Origin: an uncultured Rhodobacterales bacterium
GTDB taxonomy: Bacteria > Pseudomonadota > Alphaproteobacteria > Rhodobacterales > CAZPXZ01
DNA: 64,000 bases
Direction: 5' to 3'
Assembly: GCA_964590405.1 (NCBI GenBank)
Contig: CAZPXZ010000004.1
Span: 23,544 to 87,543 of the forward strand
In this document: one piece after another, positions 22,444 through 32,195 of the stretch
Position numbering within the stretch: position 1 is the stretch's first letter
Layout: the number at the start of each line of letters is the position of its first letter
The notes under the pieces: model-generated
The model's database searches: none
Told to the model about the DNA's origin: nothing
Seen by the model: the letters and a program-made list of their open reading frames with translations, nothing else
Translations under genes and position numbers: made by a program

Positions 22444-24519
22444 ATGCCGGATTACTTGTTGGAGTTGCTGTCGGAGGAAATTCCGGCACTCATGCAGCGC
22501 GGCGGTGCGGAGGCACTCGATCGCGGATTGACGACCGCTTTTTCGGAAGCAGGAGTGGCGCCGGGCACCTCCGAGGTTCATGTCACACCCAGACGGCTTG
22601 CCTGGATCGGTCGTGGGATGCCCTCCGGGTCAGAACCCGTGCGGGAAGAACGGAGGGGTCCACGTGTAGGAGCGCCGGAGCGTGCGGTCGCAGGCTTCCT
22701 TCGATCGGCCGGGATAACCAGGGAAGAACTCGAGGTGGAAGGCGAAGGAAGTGCCGCGCGGTATCTCGCAATCCGGACAATTCCTGGAAGGTCCCTCGAA
22801 TCGCACGTAGCGGAGCAAGTGCCCATGGTGCTCCGGGGTTTCCGTTGGCCGAAGTCGATGCGTTGGGGACGGGGCGCGTTCCGATGGGTTCGTCCCCTTC
22901 GCGCCATTGTCAGTCTGATCGAGGATACTGGTCAGGTTCGAGTCGCTCCATTTGTCCTGGAGGGAATTCCGGTTGGCCTGGAATCGCGTGGACATGCCCA
23001 GATCGCGGATCGCTCGCTCCGGATCGTTTCTGTCGGTGAGTATGTAGTGCAACTCAAGGAGTCGTTTGTACTCCTTCGGAGCAGCGACCGTCGCTCCCGT
23101 ATCGAGGTTGGCGCGCAGCGGCTGGCGCAGGAAAACGGGCTGGAGCTCGTGGCGGATCCCGGTTTGCTGGACGAGCTTGCCGGGCTGGTGGAGTGGCCGG
23201 TACTCCATTTCGGACGGATTGAAGCGGCGTTTCGGCACTTGCCCGGCGAAGTCCTTCGGACTGCAATGCGCACCCATCAGCGGTTTCTTTCGTTGCGCGA
23301 TCCGGGTACCGGTGGGATTGCCGGCTATATCGCCGTTGCAGACAACGATCCGTCGGACGGTGGAGCACAAGTGCGCGCTGGCTACGCCCGTGTGCTTCGC
23401 GCCCGGCTCTCGGACGCGGCCTTTTTCTGGGCGAATGACCGCGCGCACGGCCTGGAGCGAATGCAGGCCGGCTTGCCCGGGATGATGTACCACGCCCGCT
23501 TGGGAGACGTGGCGGCCAAAGCGGAACGAGTCGGACGCCTCGCGGAGCGCGTGGCTGTTCATCTCGGTGCTGAAGCAAGTCTGGTTCGTCATGCGGCACG
23601 GCTGGCCAAGTGCGATCTCGCATCGGAGACGGTGGGCGAGTTCCCGACATTGCAGGGTACGGTGGGAGCTCGCCTCGCGGAGCTGGCCGGGGAGGACCCG
23701 TCGGTGGTTGCAGCCATTGCAGGGCAGTACCGCCCGGCTGGTCCGTCCGACTCCACCGTTTCTGACCCCGTTGCCGCATCGCTGGTGATCGCGGAGCGGG
23801 CGGACACCCTGTACGGCTTCTTTGCTGCCGGGATGCGTCCCACCGGTTCCAAGGATCCATTTGCACTTCGGCGAAGCGCACTGGCACTCCTTCGTACGCT
23901 GGAGGAAAACGGACTTCGACTTCCGCTTGACCAGCTCATGTCCTGGGCCGAAGAAACCCATGGCGGGGTAGATCTTCCTGATAGGGAGTGTGCTGCCCGT
24001 GTCGTGGTCGAATTCGTCCTGGAACGACTCTCCGTCAACCTTCGGGAGCGGGGATTTCGCCACGACTTGATCTCTGCGGTCCGAGGCGCAGGCGATGACA
24101 GCGATGCATTGTCCATTCGCCGGCGCGTGCAGGCATTGGCGGATTTTCTCGAGGCCGGTGCGGAATCGGAGGACCTGGTTTCCGCGTATACCCGTGTACG
24201 GAGTATTCTCGATCAGGAGGGCGTGGCGGAGCCTGACACCCGACCGGAACCGGAACTGTACCAGCAACCGGAAGAATCCGACCTGGACAAGGCCCTCGTG
24301 AATGCAGACCGCATCATTGTGTCGGCCTTGGTAGTCGAGGATGACAACAAGGCAATGAGCGCGATCGCACGGCTTCGCGAACCTGTCGACGCTTTCTTCG
24401 ATCGCGTTACCGTTAACGTGGAGTCCAAGGCGCTGCGAGGCAACCGCCTGCGGCTGCTGGCGTATGCCCGGCAGGTCATGGAACGGGTCGCGGCGTTTGG
24501 AGAACTTGAGGGACGATGA
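22444..24519 (+). CDS. glyS: glycine--tRNA ligase subunit beta
   Basis: Starts MPDYLLELLSEEIPA at ATG 22444, 14 nt after the glyQ stop. About 691 aa. Confidence 0.9.
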   Translation: MPDYLLELLSEEIPALMQRGGAEALDRGLTTAFSEAGVAPGTSEVHVTPRRLAWIGRGMPSGSEPVREERRGPRVGAPERAVAGFLRSAGITREELEVEGEGSAARYLAIRTIPGRSLESHVAEQVPMVLRGFRWPKSMRWGRGAFRWVRPLRAIVSLIEDTGQVRVAPFVLEGIPVGLESRGHAQIADRSLRIVSVGEYVVQLKESFVLLRSSDRRSRIEVGAQRLAQENGLELVADPGLLDELAGLVEWPVLHFGRIEAAFRHLPGEVLRTAMRTHQRFLSLRDPGTGGIAGYIAVADNDPSDGGAQVRAGYARVLRARLSDAAFFWANDRAHGLERMQAGLPGMMYHARLGDVAAKAERVGRLAERVAVHLGAEASLVRHAARLAKCDLASETVGEFPTLQGTVGARLAELAGEDPSVVAAIAGQYRPAGPSDSTVSDPVAASLVIAERADTLYGFFAAGMRPTGSKDPFALRRSALALLRTLEENGLRLPLDQLMSWAEETHGGVDLPDRECAARVVVEFVLERLSVNLRERGFRHDLISAVRGAGDDSDALSIRRRVQALADFLEAGAESEDLVSAYTRVRSILDQEGVAEPDTRPEPELYQQPEESDLDKALVNADRIIVSALVVEDDNKAMSAIARLREPVDAFFDRVTVNVESKALRGNRLRLLAYARQVMERVAAFGELEGR

Positions 24520-27068
24520 GCGCTCCGATCATCGACTTGGGAACGGAAGGGACACAGTCTCAGATCGGCGAACGGGCATTTCGGCTCGGGTTATTGCGCC
24601 GGGCGGGGCTTCCGGTTCCCGACGGCTTCATCATTACCGCCGGGGCTGTCGAAGATTGGGCGCGAAACGACTTGTCCGGATCCCCGCTATGCCATGCCCT
24701 CGCTGCTGCTGTGGAGCGTCTCGAAGTCAGGTTGAGCCAGAAATTTGCTGGTAGCCAGGCTCCGTTCCTGCTCGCAGTGCGTCAATCACCAGTCGCTTCC
24801 AGCTTCGGGCTTCATCCGACCATTCTGAATGTCGGTACGGCGGCGGATGCAATCCCCGGTCTTGCCGCCGTGTACGGAAGCGCAGGAGCCTGGTGGATCC
24901 GTTGCGGATTTCTGCAGGATTTCGCCTCGCTGGCGCTCGGCGCGGAACCGGAGTTGTTCGAGACGGCCCGCAGGGGGCTGGTAGAGAGCGATACACGGTT
25001 TCATGAACGGCTTGCAGCCTTGTATCGAGAGGCCCTGGCGGGAGCAGGCATCGTTGTGCCCGAGTCGGGGCTCGGACAACTTGAGACGGCGATCGGTTGC
25101 CTTTGTCGACCCCGATATGGTCCACCCGCAGGCCAAGCCATTCTCGTGCAGGTGATGGCACAGGAGATTGGAGGCCCGCGACCGGGTGTCGGTACCCTGC
25201 GTACCCGGAAACGGCCCGATGGATCAAGGAATTGGGTGGCCGCCTTTCGGTCGGGCTGGTCGCCGGAACGTGGTTTCTCAGGGGGCTCGGAACCCTGCAG
25301 CCGGACGACGACGGATGCGAGGGGCGTCTGGCCAGACCTGGGCGATGCCGTACGACGCGCCGAGGACACCCTGCGGCAGGCGCTGGAGATTTCGTTCATC
25401 GTCGGATTTGACGGAATGCAGATCGTGGGTGCCGATCCCCTGCGCCTTGAACCGAAAGGAGAAGCAGCAGTAACCAAGGAGTTTGTGGACCGATCGGTGC
25501 TTACCAAGGAAGAGGCTGTAGCCGTTATCGACCCCGTCCTCGTGGAACGGATGCTGCATGGGCGGGTCGATCCTGCTGTACGTGCCGAGGTCATCTGCTC
25601 CGGCGTTGCCGCCGCGCCCGGAGCGGCTGTTGGGGAGCTCGTCTTCTCGGCCGCGGCCGCGGAACGCCTTGCGAACAGGGGCGGCCATCCGGTGCTGGCG
25701 CGAACGGAAACCAATCCGGCAGATGTCGGAGCGATGCACTTTGCGAAAGCCGTCATTACGAGTCGGGGAGGGATGACGAGCCATGCAGCGGTGGTGACGC
25801 GGGCACTGGGCCGCCCCTGCGTAGCGGGAATTGCTGACCTCACCATCGATGCCGGAGGGAGGCGCTTGCGATTTCCCGGTGGGTCTTGGTACGAGGAAGG
25901 CGCCCAGGTGACCGTTGACGGGAGTTCCGGTCGCCTGCTGGCGGGCACTGTCCGCGTGCTTCCGCCGGAGTTCGATGGTCCCATGGCCGCAATCGTGGAC
26001 TGGGCCGACCAGTTCCGCCGAATGGGTGTGCGAGCAAATGCCGATACCACGGGGGATGCCCGGTTGGCATTGGAATTCCGGGCCGACGGTATCGGATTGT
26101 GCCGAACCGAGCACATGTTCTTCGAAAAGGGTCGGATTGCAGCCATGCGCGAAATGATCCTCGCCGGAACAGAGGAAGAACGGCGAATTGCGTTGCAAAA
26201 GCTGCTTCCCATGCAACTCCACGACCTGCGCGAACTCTTTGTCGTCATGCGCGGAAAACCGGTCGTCATACGGCTCCTGGATCCGCCGTTGCATGAGTTT
26301 CTGCCACGTGGTGAACGAGAAATGCTGGAACTGGCGGAACGCATGCACGTGCCGGTCGACCAGGTTATGACACGGGCAAAGTCACTGGAAGAATTCAATC
26401 CCATGCTGGGAAATCGGGGCTGCCGTGTGGGTATCGCCTTTCCCGAGATTTATGAGATGCAAGCGCGGGCCATCCTGCAAGCTGCCATCGAAGCCGGTCG
26501 CCAGACCGACGAGCCAGCTCAGCCCGAGATCATGGTGCCGCTTGTATCAGCGCATCGCGAGATGGAAATCCTGAGACAGGTGGTCGATCAGGTTGCTGCC
26601 GATGTTGAGAGGGAATTCGGGGAACCGGTTGCATACCGGGTTGGCGCCATGATCGAGACGCCGAGAGCGGCGCTACGCTCGGATGCGATCAGTCGTTCGG
26701 CAGACTTCCTGAGCTATGGTACCAATGACCTGACCCAAATGGCATTCGGACTTTCCCGGGATGATGCCGGCAGGTTCATGCCGCAATACCTTCGGCAGCA
26801 AGTCTATACGGCAGACCCGTTCACAACGATCGACCAGGAAGGTGTTGGTGAACTGATTGAATGGTCCGTGCGCCGTTCCCGCAAGGTTCGAAGCGGAATT
26901 GCACTCGGTCTCTGCGGGGAGCATGGGGCCGACCCGGATTCGCTCGCATTTTGCGAAAAGCTGGGGATCGACTACGTTTCCTGCTCCCCCTTCCGCCTTC
27001 CTGTCGCCCGGCTTTCTGCTGCACAGGCGGCGATCGCCAGGAGGAACCGGGGGACGGCTCACGACTGA
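24516..27068 (+). CDS. pyruvate,phosphate dikinase homologue with divergent N-terminal ATP-grasp region
   Basis: 850 aa. Canonical RGGMTSHAAVV, GLCRTEHMFF, LDPPLHEF, GTNDLTQM, CGEHG and SCSPFR motifs. The N-terminal third is colinear with PPDK but its motifs are substituted (see findings). ATGA overlap with glyS. Confidence 0.8.
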   Translation: MSAPIIDLGTEGTQSQIGERAFRLGLLRRAGLPVPDGFIITAGAVEDWARNDLSGSPLCHALAAAVERLEVRLSQKFAGSQAPFLLAVRQSPVASSFGLHPTILNVGTAADAIPGLAAVYGSAGAWWIRCGFLQDFASLALGAEPELFETARRGLVESDTRFHERLAALYREALAGAGIVVPESGLGQLETAIGCLCRPRYGPPAGQAILVQVMAQEIGGPRPGVGTLRTRKRPDGSRNWVAAFRSGWSPERGFSGGSEPCSRTTTDARGVWPDLGDAVRRAEDTLRQALEISFIVGFDGMQIVGADPLRLEPKGEAAVTKEFVDRSVLTKEEAVAVIDPVLVERMLHGRVDPAVRAEVICSGVAAAPGAAVGELVFSAAAAERLANRGGHPVLARTETNPADVGAMHFAKAVITSRGGMTSHAAVVTRALGRPCVAGIADLTIDAGGRRLRFPGGSWYEEGAQVTVDGSSGRLLAGTVRVLPPEFDGPMAAIVDWADQFRRMGVRANADTTGDARLALEFRADGIGLCRTEHMFFEKGRIAAMREMILAGTEEERRIALQKLLPMQLHDLRELFVVMRGKPVVIRLLDPPLHEFLPRGEREMLELAERMHVPVDQVMTRAKSLEEFNPMLGNRGCRVGIAFPEIYEMQARAILQAAIEAGRQTDEPAQPEIMVPLVSAHREMEILRQVVDQVAADVEREFGEPVAYRVGAMIETPRAALRSDAISRSADFLSYGTNDLTQMAFGLSRDDAGRFMPQYLRQQVYTADPFTTIDQEGVGELIEWSVRRSRKVRSGIALGLCGEHGADPDSLAFCEKLGIDYVSCSPFRLPVARLSAAQAAIARRNRGTAHD

Positions 27069-27098
27069 CCGCTGTCCGGGCCGATGGTCTGTTCGGGG

Positions 27099-29507
27099 CT
27101 ATTCGCGGAGGCGCGCTCCAGACGGATCGTAGACCGGGTCCCGCAGGACCGTTGCCGCGAAACGCTCATGCAGAATCTCCACTTCCAAGTTCCGGCCGGG
27201 TTCTGACTCCGCGCTCTCGATTAGCCCGACCGCGAGCATTTTGCCTGTGCGCCAGCCCATTCCGCCCGACGTAACCTGTCCGACCAGCCTGGCATCCGCG
27301 AATACCGGCTCGTCTCCCCAGCAGGGTGGAGCTTCAGTATCGAGTTCCAGCGTAGCAAGTTTGCGCTGGGGCGGATGCCGGCGTTCATGGTCCACGGTTT
27401 GGCTTCCGACATATTCCTTGTGCCGTGCGCAAAACCGCTCGAGACCCGCCGCGTGGGGTGTGATTTCGGTCGTCAGTTCGGAATTCCAGCTGCGATATCC
27501 CTTCTCCAGTCGCAGCATGCCCATGGCCCGGCTGCCAGTGAGAACGAGGCCGTGGCGTTCAGAGATACCCATCAGCGCATGAAAGAGATGCTCCTGCCGG
27601 TCTCGGCGGCAGTAGAGTTCCCAACCGAGCTCACCGGAGTAGCTGACCCTGAGAGCACGTACGTGAACGTTGGCGACCTCCACCCGGCGGGCCGAGAGGA
27701 AGGGAAAACGCGAGAAGGCGCCGCCGGACAATTCGTTGAGGATATCCCTGGACCTGGGCCCCGCCAGGCCAAGTGCGGCATACGCGTCGGTCACATCTTC
27801 GATGTCCACGCAATGGTCATGCACATTGGCCAGAAGCCAACGATGGATGAAGATGCGTGCCATGGTTGCACCAACGATATGAAACGAATCTCCTTCCCGG
27901 TGCACGGTTATGTCGCCGAGGATGCCGCCCCGGTTGTTCAGCAGTAGAGTCAAGACAATTCGGTTGTCGACCATGGGAACCGGTGCAGAGCACACACGCT
28001 CCAGGAAACCCTGCGCGCCTGGTCCCGAAACACGAAACTTGGCATAGGAAGACATCTCGGTCAGCCCGCATCCCGAAGCAATGGCGCGCGCTTCGTCGCC
28101 GACATGGTTCCACCAGTTGGGTCGCCGAAAGTTGGGCACTTCCACAGGCTCGACGCCGGCGGGCGCGAACCACAACGGCCGCTCCCAGCCATTTGCCTGT
28201 CCCATGACGGCACCGTGCAACAGCAACTCCTGGTGGATCGGTGCCATCCTCAGGTTACGGCCAGATTTTCGTTCGAGACCGGGATGGGATATTTCATAGC
28301 GGAGCGGATAGATTTCGTAGATTCTCTCACGGGCGAAGTCGCCAGTGGTCCAGGAACCGAAGCGTGCGACGTCAATGCAATGCAGGCAAAGCTCCGGTTC
28401 GCCGCGCCTGATCCATTCACTCAGGGCCAGACCAACACCGCCACCCTGCGCGATTCCGCCCAGAAAACCGCAGGCGACGAAGTAGTTCGGAATGCCGGGC
28501 AGGGGACCGACAATTGGTCGTCCGTCCGGGGAGAAACTGATTGCGCCGTTCACGGTTCGCCGAATTCCCGCCCGCTCGAGGGCTGGAACACGATGGACGG
28601 CCGCCGCCAGCCCATCGGAGAGCCGCTCGAGATCCTCGGGGAATAACTCCTCCCCAAATGACCAGGGCGCATCTGCACCGTTCCATGCGGCGCGGCAGCC
28701 CCTCTCCCACGGCCCGACAAGCAGTCCGGGGCCTTCCTGACGCAAGTAATACTGGCTGTCTGTATCCCGGATCATCGGTAGCCTTCCTTGATATCCTGCT
28801 ACTTCCGGAATGGCCTCTGTTTCCAGGTACTGGTGCTCCATGTTGGTGATCGGTACGCGGGCATCCACCAGGCGAGCCACCTTGTTCGCCCAGAATCCCG
28901 CGCAGTTGACTACGACTTCGCATTCGAGAGTGCGTTCTCCGGCGACAAGTCGCCAATACCCCGAAGAGAGACGCTCGATGCGCTCGACCCTGGCATTGCG
29001 GTAGATCCGTCCGCCGAGCCGTCGCGCGCCGGAAGCAAGGCCCATGGCCACGGAGTACGGATCGACATAGCCCTCGTCCGGATCCCACGCGCCGCCATAC
29101 AGGTCGTCGACTCTCACCAAGGGGTGTTTCGTGCGAATTTCATCCGGAGTGACAAGCTCGTACTCGATGCCCAGCGTACGGAACTTGCCTGCGAGTCGCC
29201 TGAATTCCTCCATCCTTTCCTGAGTCTGCGCGAGAAAGAAGCCCCCGACGATATGGCTGCCCACATCCTGGCCCACCTCTGTGCCCAAGCTGTCGTACAG
29301 GCGAATGGAATAGGCTTGAAGCGCCGACAGATTTGCATACGCGGACTGCGTATGGACGTTGCCGGCAGCGTGCCATGTTGCTCCGGCTGCCAGTTCGCGT
29401 CGCTCAAGCAGGAGCGGTTCCGGTTCCCCTGCCTTGGCAAGATGGTATAGCGTTGACAGGCCGACGATTCCGCCGCCGATGATGATGACGCGGTGGTGGG
29501 ATCCCAT
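27099..29507 (-). CDS. dimethylglycine/sarcosine dehydrogenase-like FAD oxidoreductase with C-terminal GcvT (folate-binding aminomethyltransferase) domain, paralogue A
   Basis: About 802 aa from ATG 29507, with SD GAGGA upstream. Dinucleotide fold VIIIGGGIVGLS and ATWHAAG (position of the covalent-FAD His in DMGDH/SDH). Long GcvT-like C-terminal half. Confidence 0.8.
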   Translation of the reverse strand: MGSHHRVIIIGGGIVGLSTLYHLAKAGEPEPLLLERRELAAGATWHAAGNVHTQSAYANLSALQAYSIRLYDSLGTEVGQDVGSHIVGGFFLAQTQERMEEFRRLAGKFRTLGIEYELVTPDEIRTKHPLVRVDDLYGGAWDPDEGYVDPYSVAMGLASGARRLGGRIYRNARVERIERLSSGYWRLVAGERTLECEVVVNCAGFWANKVARLVDARVPITNMEHQYLETEAIPEVAGYQGRLPMIRDTDSQYYLRQEGPGLLVGPWERGCRAAWNGADAPWSFGEELFPEDLERLSDGLAAAVHRVPALERAGIRRTVNGAISFSPDGRPIVGPLPGIPNYFVACGFLGGIAQGGGVGLALSEWIRRGEPELCLHCIDVARFGSWTTGDFARERIYEIYPLRYEISHPGLERKSGRNLRMAPIHQELLLHGAVMGQANGWERPLWFAPAGVEPVEVPNFRRPNWWNHVGDEARAIASGCGLTEMSSYAKFRVSGPGAQGFLERVCSAPVPMVDNRIVLTLLLNNRGGILGDITVHREGDSFHIVGATMARIFIHRWLLANVHDHCVDIEDVTDAYAALGLAGPRSRDILNELSGGAFSRFPFLSARRVEVANVHVRALRVSYSGELGWELYCRRDRQEHLFHALMGISERHGLVLTGSRAMGMLRLEKGYRSWNSELTTEITPHAAGLERFCARHKEYVGSQTVDHERRHPPQRKLATLELDTEAPPCWGDEPVFADARLVGQVTSGGMGWRTGKMLAVGLIESAESEPGRNLEVEILHERFAATVLRDPVYDPSGARLRE

Positions 29508-29704
29508 CGGAGTGTCCTCTCTGGAAGACTGGCTGGTTACCTGCTTGGCAAAGGCGGTGGCGTCACAATGGGCAATCCATCCCGGGATATCGCACTGCCA
29601 AGCTGTTAGTCCTGTATCCTCCGTGATATATGCGGATGCCATGCGGCGCTAGCGCCGGGGTCCGCCTACCGGAAGTTGTGTCGGTCATCCCGGAGCCGCG
29701 AGTT

Positions 29705-30457
29705 CTACAGGATCTGGCTGAGGAATTCCCTGGTTCTGGGATCCTTCGCGCGGTCGAAGAAGGTGTCGGGCGGTCCGTGTTCCACGATGACGCCATTGTC
29801 CGTGAAATAGATGTGATCAGCGATTTCGCGGGCGAAACCCATTTCGTGGGTCACCAGGATGCAGGTCATTCCCTCCGCGGCGAGTTCCTTGATGGTTACC
29901 AGCACCTCCTTCACCGTCTCCGGGTCAAGCGCGGCCGTAACTTCGTCAAAAAGCATGACGTCGGGATTCATCGCGAGAGAGCGGGCAATTGCGACGCGTT
30001 GCTGCTGTCCTCCCGAGAGCTCTCCCGGATATGCATCCTCCTTGCCCTCGAGCCGGACCTTTCGCATCAATTGTCTTGCGCGCTGTTCCACGCTCTCACG
30101 GTCCTGCCGGAGGACCAGCAGCGGCGCCATCATGATGTTCTCCAGCGCGGTCCTGTGCGGGAAGAGGTTGTATTGCTGAAACACCATGCCGACCTTTTTT
30201 CGCAATTCGAGCTTGTTGAGATTCGGGTCATGCACTTCACGTCCCTCGACGGTGATGGAGCCGGACTGGATATCGTTCAGCGCATTGATGCAACGGATGA
30301 GGGTTGACTTTCCGGAACCGGAGGGGCCGATGATACAGATGACCTCTCCCTTCATCACGGAGATCGATACGCCCCTGATGACTTCCAGTTCACCAAACGA
30401 TTTGTGAACGTCCTTGAGACAGACGATGGGCTGGTCGGGAGTCCAATGGCCGGACAT
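29705..30457 (-). CDS. polar amino acid ABC transporter ATP-binding protein
   Basis: Walker A GPSGSGKST, signature LSGGQQQRVAIAR, Walker B MLFDEVTAALD. ATG 30457 lies inside a longer ORF. Confidence 0.9.
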   Translation of the reverse strand: MSGHWTPDQPIVCLKDVHKSFGELEVIRGVSISVMKGEVICIIGPSGSGKSTLIRCINALNDIQSGSITVEGREVHDPNLNKLELRKKVGMVFQQYNLFPHRTALENIMMAPLLVLRQDRESVEQRARQLMRKVRLEGKEDAYPGELSGGQQQRVAIARSLAMNPDVMLFDEVTAALDPETVKEVLVTIKELAAEGMTCILVTHEMGFAREIADHIYFTDNGVIVEHGPPDTFFDRAKDPRTREFLSQIL

Positions 30458-30465
30458 GAACGTTC

Positions 30466-31323
30466 CTATTGCTTTACGGCGAACTCTTGCTCGAGCCGTC
30501 GGGTGTAAACAGCGATCGGGTAGCTGTAGATGAAGAACCAGGACATCAGCCACAGGTACATCGGGATCAGGTACTCGCTTCGTGCCTCGGCAGCGAGTGC
30601 ATCCTGGGTCAGGGTCATACCGTCATTGACACCGAGTATGGAAATCAGCGGAGTCGACATTGTCAGGATGCAGTACCAGTTCATCCAGGGTGGAATCATC
30701 CGTTTCACGCATTGCGGAAGGATGATGCGCCAGAGCGTCTGTCTCCGGGTAAAGGCCAGGCTTTCTGCCGATTCCCACTGGCCGGTCGGAATTGACAGGA
30801 TGGCTCCGCGAACGATTTCGGACACATTCGCCATGATCGGAAGCGATAGAGCCAGGGTCGCCTTCGTCCAGCCGGGAATGTCGAACCGCTGACCCCCGAT
30901 TTCGACCGTGAATGGCAACAGCAGCATGAAGTAGAAAAGAAGTACAAGCCAGGGGGAATTGCGGAAGAGTTGGGTTGCACACCAGCAGAGACTCCGGATC
31001 GGTTTGCTCGGCGAAACCTGTCCAATTCCAACCCAGAGACCCATGAACGTGCCGAGCCCCATGGCAACGAAACTGACGACGATGTTCAGGATGAACCCAC
31101 CGAATTCTCCTGGGGGGCCAAGAAACATCAACGGAGACCACTTGACGATGGTCTCCAGGGCTGTCTGTTCTCCCGTGCCGAGCAATTGTGCCTGGGCGGT
31201 GTCCAGCAGGATCCAGGCCACGAGTACGGCGATCATGGCGGCACCGAAACGTGGGTCGGCGAGCGCGGCCGGGATTGCTCTGTGCCACTGCCATTCCTTC
31301 CGAAACGGCCGGAAGGCCTTCAT
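30466..31323 (-). CDS. amino acid ABC transporter permease
   Basis: About 285-aa polytopic protein of the His/Glu/Gln/Arg/opine permease type. Start MKAFRPFRKEW at 31323 inside a longer ORF. Confidence 0.8.
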   Translation of the reverse strand: MKAFRPFRKEWQWHRAIPAALADPRFGAAMIAVLVAWILLDTAQAQLLGTGEQTALETIVKWSPLMFLGPPGEFGGFILNIVVSFVAMGLGTFMGLWVGIGQVSPSKPIRSLCWCATQLFRNSPWLVLLFYFMLLLPFTVEIGGQRFDIPGWTKATLALSLPIMANVSEIVRGAILSIPTGQWESAESLAFTRRQTLWRIILPQCVKRMIPPWMNWYCILTMSTPLISILGVNDGMTLTQDALAAEARSEYLIPMYLWLMSWFFIYSYPIAVYTRRLEQEFAVKQ

Positions 31324-31376
31324 GACCGGGAGGTCAGTGCTTCCGGACAGGACGTGGCCCCTTGGGCGATGAACCA

Positions 31377-32114
31377 TCACTGTCCGAATCCCGGGATGCG
31401 CATTGAGCGTTCCCATCGATACATCAGCCAGACAACCGTTCCGACCAGGATGATGTAGACAACCCACACCACGTTCATCATTTCCGGTACGTTGTACTCG
31501 TCCGACCAGATCTGGTTGGATACGTAGAGTGTTTCCGGCACGGCGATGGCGTAGGCCACGGTTGTCGTCTTGACCAGATTGATCAGGTTGTTGTTGAGAG
31601 CCGGAAGGCAAACGCGAAATGCCAGCGGGAGGGTCACATACCGATAGACCTGCAACTTGGTATAGCCCAGGGAATGGGCAGCTTCGACAGTTGAATCCGG
31701 CACCGACTCAATGCCCGCACGAAATATCTCGGTATTGAAGGCGCCAGCAAAGAATGACAGCGAAATCACCGCCCAGCCGAAACTGTCCAGGACTCCACCG
31801 CGAATGTCGAAGAGGCTGGCGATTCCACGATCAACGGCGAAATAGAAGAAATAGAGTTGAACCAACGGGGGGGTGTTTCGGAAGAAAGCGATATACCCCT
31901 GCATGACGACGCGGATCAGCACGAAGCGGGACATCTGCAGCCATGCGCCCAGTATTCCCACAATGATACTGGCGACAACGCAGACGACAGACAGCAGAAT
32001 GGTTGTCCAGATACCCCGGATGAACCGGGCACGGTCCCATTCATCGAAGAAGATGGTCAGCTTTATGCCGTGGGCCTCATGCAGCCATCTGAACCATTCG
32101 GCTACGATGTCCAC
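31377..32114 (-). CDS. amino acid ABC transporter permease
   Basis: 245-aa polytopic protein of the same permease family, sitting between the binding-protein and second permease genes. Confidence 0.85.
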   Translation of the reverse strand: MDIVAEWFRWLHEAHGIKLTIFFDEWDRARFIRGIWTTILLSVVCVVASIIVGILGAWLQMSRFVLIRVVMQGYIAFFRNTPPLVQLYFFYFAVDRGIASLFDIRGGVLDSFGWAVISLSFFAGAFNTEIFRAGIESVPDSTVEAAHSLGYTKLQVYRYVTLPLAFRVCLPALNNNLINLVKTTTVAYAIAVPETLYVSNQIWSDEYNVPEMMNVVWVVYIILVGTVVWLMYRWERSMRIPGFGQ

Positions 32115-32148
32115 TCAGGTGCATCCCTCGGAGTGCCGGTAAGGAGGA

Positions 32149-32176
32149 CGCGGCGACAGGGCAGTCTGTCGCCGCG
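32149..32176 (-). other. GC-rich intercistronic stem-loop (11-bp perfect stem, 6-nt loop) between binding-protein and permease genes
   Basis: CGCGGCGACAG-ggcagt-CTGTCGCCGCG read directly from the sequence. No U-tract follows. Confidence 0.5.
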
Positions 32177-32195
32177 ACGAACGCAGGAGGAGGGT

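Noticed and set aside
29645-29656. Perfect palindrome GGCGCTAGCGCC between the ABC ATPase gene and DMGDH-like A. A similar one, GCGCCCGGGCGC, lies near 21333-21344.
   Set aside because: Short GC palindromes are frequent by chance in this composition. There is no second copy or positional evidence for an operator.
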